A stretch of 20,486 nt of DNA from an uncultured archaeon (GTDB taxonomy: Archaea; Asgardarchaeota; Jordiarchaeia; Jordiarchaeales; Jordiarchaeaceae): the NCBI GenBank assembly GCA_964510585.1, contig CAZECW010000168.1:1-20486 (forward strand), written 5' to 3'. Within the stretch, counting starts at the first letter, position 1; each line of letters opens with the position of its first letter. Below, piece by piece: positions 14,500-20,486 of this stretch. Under the pieces are notes generated by a model. It searched no databases, was not told where the DNA came from, and saw only the letters and a program-made list of their open reading frames with translations. Made by a program: the position numbers and the translations under genes.

Positions 14500-15741
14500 T
14501 TGGCTGAAATTAAGTGGCGAGTTCTATTTGATGAAACACAGAAAGAACGGGGACGTATTACAACAAGTTACGCTGCACTCAAAGGAGTTCTGGAAACTGA
14601 GGGCATTCAAAGTATAAGATTTGTTGATTTTCCAATAACATTGGATAAATTGAAGGACTTTGACGCTGTGGTATTCCCTTGTCCAGACCAGTCTAAACTG
14701 CAGCCTGGTGAAATTCGAGCGGTTTTGGATTACGTTTCCAGAGGTGGTGGAGTAGTTTTATTAAGCCATGCTGGCGGTGACAGGGGACTGAGAACCAATC
14801 TTAATGAGCTGGCTGAAAATTTTGGAATATCTTTTCAGAATAACCAAGTAACAGATGAGAGACAAAACTTGGGTTTGGAGAATCTACCAAAAATCACCAA
14901 GTTTAAGGATCACCCTGTTACCGAGGGAATAACAGAATTATGCTATTCTGCAGGTTGCAGCATAAAAATCGTTGGGGAAGCAGAAGCCTTAGCAATTACA
15001 AGCAGAACCGCTGAACCTCCAGATGCCATTATTCTAGCAGTTGCTAATTATGGAAATGGTAAGGTTGCCGCCCTAGGTTCATACGAAATTTTTAGAGATA
15101 GAATAATGGGTGGACTCAATACCTCGCAAAATATGGTTTTAGCAAAAAACATCTTTAAATGGATACTTACACCTTCAAAGCCTAAAGAAGCTCCTGCTAT
15201 ACCGGCTAAGGAGAAGATTAGTGAGGCAGTAGTGGAACCTAGTGTATCCCCGGAGGTTACACTAGGCGAAGAGAGAGTTAAACCCGTATTGACAGCGAGG
15301 CCTATGGAGGATGTTTCAAAAGCTCCGCAGCCTATAGCCGCTGCGTACACCCCTCAAATTGACAAGTTAATGACTGAGGTTACAACTTTAAGAAGGAGAT
15401 TCGATGCATTCATAGATGAGTTTAGAGAGTTTGCTGCACGAGTGCTGAGTCAAGGTATTACGCCTTCTGAAACTATTCGGACGGTTACACGTTCAGTACC
15501 TGTATCCTCGTCTCTAATAACTGATGTCGCTAAACGTGAAGAACTAGAAAGCTTAGAGTCAAGAATGCGCTCGCTCCAGAACCAGTTGGACTACATTACT
15601 AAGAGGTACCAGTCTGGAGCATTACAAAAAGCAGAGTACGCCGCACAAAGAGCAAAAATTCGGGGAGAAATGAGAACTATACAACAACAGATAAATGCAA
15701 TAACAGGAAAGACTGAGGAGCTACTGCCCACTGAGGATTAA
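14500..15741 (+). CDS. Cytoplasmic GIFT-domain (GldG/IFT52/DUF4350-like) protein with Pro-rich linker, coiled coil and C-terminal helical hairpin
   Basis: aa 1-224 align by eye to the IFT52 N-domain (VLFDETQKE, ITLDKL, EIRAVLDYVSRGGGV, GGD...TNLNEL..NFGI, GKVAALGS..IF.D, NIFKWI). No signal peptide or TM segment. Confidence 0.75.
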   Translation: MAEIKWRVLFDETQKERGRITTSYAALKGVLETEGIQSIRFVDFPITLDKLKDFDAVVFPCPDQSKLQPGEIRAVLDYVSRGGGVVLLSHAGGDRGLRTNLNELAENFGISFQNNQVTDERQNLGLENLPKITKFKDHPVTEGITELCYSAGCSIKIVGEAEALAITSRTAEPPDAIILAVANYGNGKVAALGSYEIFRDRIMGGLNTSQNMVLAKNIFKWILTPSKPKEAPAIPAKEKISEAVVEPSVSPEVTLGEERVKPVLTARPMEDVSKAPQPIAAAYTPQIDKLMTEVTTLRRRFDAFIDEFREFAARVLSQGITPSETIRTVTRSVPVSSSLITDVAKREELESLESRMRSLQNQLDYITKRYQSGALQKAEYAAQRAKIRGEMRTIQQQINAITGKTEELLPTED

Positions 15742-15871
15742 ATGACTTTTAGTGGTAAAGTCAATCTTTCTACCCATTTTTAGTAAACATTGATGAGAAC
15801 CTGTCACTTGTTGAGACAAGTGTGCTTCGCAGATAAATCATGAAAATGCTGTTCGTAGGGGAAACTTTGCA

Positions 15872-16438
15872 CTATTCTTTCATTTTTTTAAGGGTTTCGT
15901 CTCTTTCAAAGGCTTTTACTTTGTTTCTTATCCAAGTGTTTATCACCGCCTTAGCTTCTGGCATCAGTGTTTTCACCTTATCGAACAGTCCTAGTATGAA
16001 GACTATAATCTCGTCTTTTCTCCAACGGTCTTCCTGTTTAAAGAAGAATGTTATGTCGTAACCTTCTTCAGGGTTCATAACGTTAAGTTTCTCCCGAACC
16101 AGTTCCCGAACCAGTTTACTAATCAGGTATTCTTCGAAGGCGTCTCTCTTTTCAAAGTTGAGAGATAGTAGGGAGCTGTTAACTGTTTTTTGACCTTTTC
16201 CACGCATAACTTTTACTTCTTTGCACTGTCCGACATCGCATTTATTTTCGCAGAGTATACAGGGGTAGTCGCTGCCTCTGATTACGCAGACATGTGGCTG
16301 CAGGTCTAAAAGGAACTCTAAGGCGTCAGCTAATTCTTCAAGTTCAATTATTGTAACTTCTTCAACCTTGTCAAACCTTTCATCCAAAGACAGAGTGTCT
16401 AATGGCTCATTCGGTGGTTTGCCATATTTTTCTCCCAA
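15872..16438 (-). CDS. ARP2/3 complex subunit 4 (ARPC4)-like protein with Cys-rich insertion
   Basis: [20 protein letters not shown]...[26 protein letters not shown] and the C-terminal helix mirror ARPC4 [18 protein letters not shown]...[26 protein letters not shown] (recalled human sequence). Confidence 0.7.
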   Translation of the reverse strand: [188 protein letters not shown]

Positions 16439-16879
16439 GGTAGTTTCACCACGAGAAAATATCAGAACTCGTATAGAATATTTAACCTGAAGCTATTTAT
16501 TTCTTCCCAGCAACTTTTGAGGAACAATACAGCTTCGTTTGATTTATCCCCCCGAATAAGCTTTTTTATGGAGACTTATTTTTCCACTATGAACCCCATA
16601 AATGAGGAAATGAATTTGAAAAATTCAGGCCACAAACCCAAATTTGAAGACTCCAAACTTTTCTTATGCAAACTATGAAAATTTTCTTGTCGAAAACTCA
16701 GATAAGAAAATAATTGGTATACTATGTACCTTTTAGGTAACCAAAACCTAGAAATACAGCCAATTCTCTTATCATAATTAATGACAAACTTCAATCATTG
16801 TTTTTAAGCACTCAAAAAGTCATGCGAACAAGCCTAACTTTTGATGATATTACCGAGTATGGAAATTGGTGATTTGGAT

Positions 16880-17569
16880 ATGCCGGTATTAAAGTACTTT
16901 GGCCACGCGGCATTCAAATTCTACTCGCCTAAGGTCAGCGTAATTTTCGATCCGGGCATAGTGAGTAATAAGGCGTTGGTGCCCGAGTCTGAAAAAACAA
17001 ATATCATCTGTGTATCACACGAGCATAGGGATCATTTGGGTAACGCTGCCCAACTTTCCGCAAAACAAAAGGCATTCCTACTGGGGAACGAGCAAACTAT
17101 AAAAGTAGCTCTAAAGGAAGGCGCGCCGGAATGGCTTGTAAGGAAAATACAAAGCGGAGAAACCTTTGAGAGACCCAACATAAAAGTAACAGCTCTGGAA
17201 CTTAGGCACGGCCCATCCACAGAGCCGATTAACACCCCCAATTTATGCTTCATAGTAGAAATTGACAAAGTGCGAGTAGCAAACCTCGGGGACGCCATGA
17301 CTAAGGGACTATTAGAACAGTATCCAATTGATGTTTTACTTATTGGAGTAGACGAAACAGAAGCCTTCAACAGTAACCAATCACTAAACGCCATCGCAGA
17401 CATTAAACCACAGCTAGCCATACCCATGCACATTAGAACCGAGCATGAAATAGACTACTTCTTTACCCATGCACAAACCGTAGCTCCCAAAACCAATTTC
17501 AGAAAAATGAAGCCGGGCGATGAAATAAGAGTTGAATGGCTAGCAGGAACAGAGTTTAGTATAAGTTAG
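16880..17569 (+). CDS. Metallo-beta-lactamase-fold hydrolase (UPF0173 / Lactamase_B_3-like)
   Basis: LKYFGHAAF, IFDP, VSHEHRDHLG (HxHxDH), HG, GDA and AIPMH. Start moved from 16841 to the ATG at 16880, which follows GGTGAT. Confidence 0.85.
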   Translation: MPVLKYFGHAAFKFYSPKVSVIFDPGIVSNKALVPESEKTNIICVSHEHRDHLGNAAQLSAKQKAFLLGNEQTIKVALKEGAPEWLVRKIQSGETFERPNIKVTALELRHGPSTEPINTPNLCFIVEIDKVRVANLGDAMTKGLLEQYPIDVLLIGVDETEAFNSNQSLNAIADIKPQLAIPMHIRTEHEIDYFFTHAQTVAPKTNFRKMKPGDEIRVEWLAGTEFSIS

Positions 17570-17716
17570 AATCTAAAAGTAGAATTCAAGCGCCAACACA
17601 CAATCAAAAAATCAATTTTGAGTGCAAGTAAAAAGGTTAAAGAATGTCGAAGTGTAATAAAATAAGTAATAATAAAGAAAATGGTCGCGCCTAAATAATT
17701 ATGTGAGGGAAAGGCT

Positions 17717-19498
17717 GTGAGCACAGAAGGAATAAAACTTAATGTGGATGTAACTGAGAACGTTGATTGCGTTATCACAGAGAAACATGAAATCAAAAGT
17801 CTAAATGTAAAAGGCGTCATTTCCGTCAACAACAATAGTTCTAAGAATAGGATATGGAATGCTGAGCTTCGATTAGGAGGCATCGAAACCACTTCCTTGA
17901 AGGAGAGTGTCATACCAGTTGGCGCGGTACAGGCAGGCAAAAAATGGACAATGGAGTATAGCGTACCCGTTGAGGAAACAGTACTCAAATTAAAGGAAGT
18001 AATAGACACCTGTTACGAAGATGATATAGTTAACTGGGCGCTGGTCTATCGTAGACCCATGCCCGTAAGCAGCACTATAACAGTTAGTAATCCTACAGAC
18101 GCCTACATAGACAGTGTAAAGGTTAGAAAGGTTATACCGAAAGGTTTTGGAGATCCAGAAATAGAACCGCCTAACACGGGAACCGCAGAATTTGAACCCG
18201 AAACAAGGGAAGTTGTATGGAAGAACTTCGAACTATCTCCGGGAAGTGAAGCATCACTAGTTGTTAAATTTAATATTACCGCAGAGTCCATAGACCCAAT
18301 TGCTGCGGGTAAAGTTATCGCAGAGTACCACATTAAGGATAGAACCAGATCGCTCCTCAACCCTGACATTATTTCTGTTTCTGACAGCAGATTTGCGCTG
18401 GAACCGGCAGAATCCCCCACCCAACCATCAACTTGGGATTGCACACTCGAATTTATGAACACCAGCGAATTTCTACAAAGGCTCCTCAAAGTGGAAGTCT
18501 TCCAAATAAAAGGAGAAAAGAAGGAGCCACTCCTCGCCCTGGAGCCCAACAAGGATATTCCGCCCAGACAATCTTGGGAATACAAATTTAGCATAAAAAG
18601 TCCTACAATCCCAGTTTTTGAAACAAACGTCGACTACAAAGTGGTTAAAGAGGTAACACGACACGTATATGCCAAGATTACAAAGGAGGACACCATACTA
18701 CCGGTAGAAAGAATTCTGGTTGAGAAGACATTTACCCCACCCCAAGTTGACGCCTACGACAAAACACCTATGACGGTAACGGTACAGGTGTCAAATGTTG
18801 GCAGCGCCCCGCTGGATCAGGTGACAATATACGACACTGTTCCAGAAGACTTCAAACCTCCAGCGCATGAACGCGTAAAGGTTTACGTAAATGAAAAGGA
18901 GTTATCTCAAGGCATAGAAATTATAACCAATCCCAACGACGATAATCCCGCCACAAGACACGGACTTACGGTTTTTGTCAGGAACCTGAAAAACTTTGTG
19001 GGTGGATTAAACCCTGGACAGTATGTAAAATTTGTTTACCCCATTATGGCTTGGGAGCCGAAGCCTGAGAAGAACTATACAACCCCACTAAGAGCAACGG
19101 CGAACACAACATCACCAGGACCCAATGTAGAATACTTGGAGCTGGAAACAAACCCCCCAAAAATTGGAATCAAATATACTCGACGCGCTGTAAGAATATA
19201 TAAAGAGGCTGTGTCTCCCGGCGCAAAAGCGGGACAACACATAATTCCACTGACAATATTGAATACTGGAGAAGTTTCCATCGCAAACGTCACAGTAAAG
19301 GACTTTGTAGCCCCAGGTTTCAGCTTGGTGGAGTGGAAACCGGAGGAAATACCCCCAAAAGTTACTGAAACCATCGATGGCTTAGTGCTTACATGGAAAT
19401 TTATGAGAATAGAGCCGGGACAGGAAATTTCACTATCCTACACTGTTGAAGGCGAAGGCAAATATACCAGGAAAGAACCCCAAATTTCAATCGAGTAA
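17717..19498 (+). CDS. Cytoplasmic all-beta protein: N-terminal adaptin mu-homology-domain-like region plus two DUF11-like Ig domains
   Basis: DVTENV...G.I...ELRLG, V....P....P....G.....PE..EVVW, and Y.I...T.S match mu1/mu2 MHD patterns. Later repeats V.K....../V.V.N.G......V.I.D.VP are DUF11-like. No signal peptide or TM segment. Confidence 0.65.
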   Translation: MSTEGIKLNVDVTENVDCVITEKHEIKSLNVKGVISVNNNSSKNRIWNAELRLGGIETTSLKESVIPVGAVQAGKKWTMEYSVPVEETVLKLKEVIDTCYEDDIVNWALVYRRPMPVSSTITVSNPTDAYIDSVKVRKVIPKGFGDPEIEPPNTGTAEFEPETREVVWKNFELSPGSEASLVVKFNITAESIDPIAAGKVIAEYHIKDRTRSLLNPDIISVSDSRFALEPAESPTQPSTWDCTLEFMNTSEFLQRLLKVEVFQIKGEKKEPLLALEPNKDIPPRQSWEYKFSIKSPTIPVFETNVDYKVVKEVTRHVYAKITKEDTILPVERILVEKTFTPPQVDAYDKTPMTVTVQVSNVGSAPLDQVTIYDTVPEDFKPPAHERVKVYVNEKELSQGIEIITNPNDDNPATRHGLTVFVRNLKNFVGGLNPGQYVKFVYPIMAWEPKPEKNYTTPLRATANTTSPGPNVEYLELETNPPKIGIKYTRRAVRIYKEAVSPGAKAGQHIIPLTILNTGEVSIANVTVKDFVAPGFSLVEWKPEEIPPKVTETIDGLVLTWKFMRIEPGQEISLSYTVEGEGKYTRKEPQISIE

Positions 19499-19500
19499 AA

Positions 19501-19520
19501 TTTCCCTCCTCTTTTTTATT
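19501..19520 (+). terminator. Possible pyrimidine/oligo-U terminator
   Basis: TTTCCCTCCTCTTTTTTATT immediately follows the stop at 19498. Confidence 0.4.
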
Positions 19521-19716
19521 TGTCCTCCATATTCCGCTCCCAATAGTACAGACAAAAATATGATTGGCGTTAAACATATGGAAGAGTTAATTGTCCTGGT
19601 AGAGGGAACTTTTAAAATAAACCGCTTTTTTGGAAAGAAGTAAATAATGTTAGATCAGTCCCCTTATGAACTAATACGCATCTAGGTTTTGTTTAAAAAA
19701 TCAAATAATTTCAATG

Positions 19717-20172
19717 CTATTTTTGTTCCTCTTTTACGGAAACGGCAATTATTTCTGCGAGGGCTTTGAGGGTTTCACTTATTCTCTGATCCACCCTTGA
19801 CGAGGACTCTTCAAGAGTGGTTTGAAAGCCCTTTATAATTTCAGCTATGTCCATCATGATCCCCTGGAGTGTTTCCCATTTCTCTTTTTCACTTTTGACC
19901 AACGCCTCTAACTGTTTACTAACCTTCTCCAGTTTCTGTGACATAACTTCAAAGGAAACTGTTTCCTCCGCAACCAGTTTACGGATATTTCTGAGCTCTT
20001 TATCTATGGCGGACATATTACTTGCTACATTCATACTTAGGTTGACCATGTCAGAGTTTAGGGTGTTTAAACCGTTTACCACCCTTTTCAAAGATTCCAC
20101 TGTGGGAACCTCACCCGCCGGTGTTTTGATGGCCTCAATCTGAATTTTAACTTTCTCTTTTTCTTCAGACAA
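19717..20172 (-). CDS. Hypothetical long coiled-coil protein
   Basis: Short N-terminal beta-hairpin-like segment (IEAIKTPAGEVPTV) then about 120 aa of heptad-like helix. TTG start after GAGGG. Confidence 0.7.
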   Translation of the reverse strand: MSEEKEKVKIQIEAIKTPAGEVPTVESLKRVVNGLNTLNSDMVNLSMNVASNMSAIDKELRNIRKLVAEETVSFEVMSQKLEKVSKQLEALVKSEKEKWETLQGIMMDIAEIIKGFQTTLEESSSRVDQRISETLKALAEIIAVSVKEEQK

Positions 20173-20322
20173 ATGCCAGCCCTCAAAGGAATTGTGTTTT
20201 ATCTGAATAAATTAAGTATATCATAAGAGAGCTAAAAGTCTTGCCCAAAGTATAAAGAATTTCAATTAAAAAACCTTCAGGAGTAATAATAATCTATTAT
20301 GTGAATAAGTTCTTTAGGGAAT

Positions 20323-20486
20323 CTACAAGAAATAGTTTAATAAACAATTGGGCATAAAAAGTCTTTTGTACACTTCGAGGTTTGGAATGGTCTCTTTCAC
20401 CTTCATGAACACTTTCCGAGGCTGCGGTGACACGCTTTCTACACCCTCAAAGCCCTTGTGCTTCCCTTTGGGAAGCCTTACCAGAT
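20323..20486 (-). CDS. Possible 3' end of a gene entering from beyond the window edge
   Basis: Open frame ...LVRLPKGKHKGFEGVESVSPQPRKVFMKVKETIPNLEVYKRLFMPNCLLNYFL, TAG at 20323-20325. No family recognised. Confidence 0.3.
   Translation of the reverse strand, partial: LVRLPKGKHKGFEGVESVSPQPRKVFMKVKETIPNLEVYKRLFMPNCLLNYFL

Noticed and set aside
16576-16794. 72-aa minus-strand ORF, and plus-strand fragments (NFLVENSDKKIIGIL) resembling a GNAT remnant
   Set aside because: No RBS or motif for the ORF; the GNAT-like resemblance is a single short strand pattern interrupted by stops.
19446-19643. 65-aa plus-strand ORF after the MHD-like gene
   Set aside because: It overlaps the preceding CDS end and terminator-like tract, and the composition is not convincing.
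1-20486. CRISPR arrays, transposases, integrases, rRNA or tRNA genes, inteins in PolB
   Set aside because: No regularly spaced repeats, mobile-element motifs or cloverleafs were seen. The polymerase motifs are contiguous at normal PolB1 length.

Overview
Archaeal chromosomal window with about 19 convincing CDSs, most with GGAGG-type Shine-Dalgarno sites and many with TTG/GTG starts. It is most likely from an Asgard archaeon, inferred from an ARPC4-like, an adaptin mu-homology-like and an IFT52/GIFT-like protein next to a TACK/Asgard-type PolB1. The left part (1-8 kb) is an unusual Fe-S/sulfur locus: trmO, fmdE, an IscU scaffold fused to a CxxC-less YumC-type ferredoxin:NAD(P) reductase, an IscS whose PLP-binding Lys is replaced by Asp (Archaeoglobus-type, probably desulfurase-dead), and tusA. 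A 128-nt structured-RNA candidate lies between the iscU fusion and fmdE. The middle holds a phosphoribosyltransferase, a DHDPS-family aldolase, an apparently non-catalytic GHL10-like barrel, polB1 and a PPC-domain gene. The right part (14.5-20.2 kb) clusters eukaryote-signature-like trafficking/cytoskeleton homologues plus an orphan coiled-coil protein. No rRNA, tRNA, CRISPR array or mobile element was recognised. All homologies were assigned by eye against sequences recalled from memory and need profile or structure searches to confirm.
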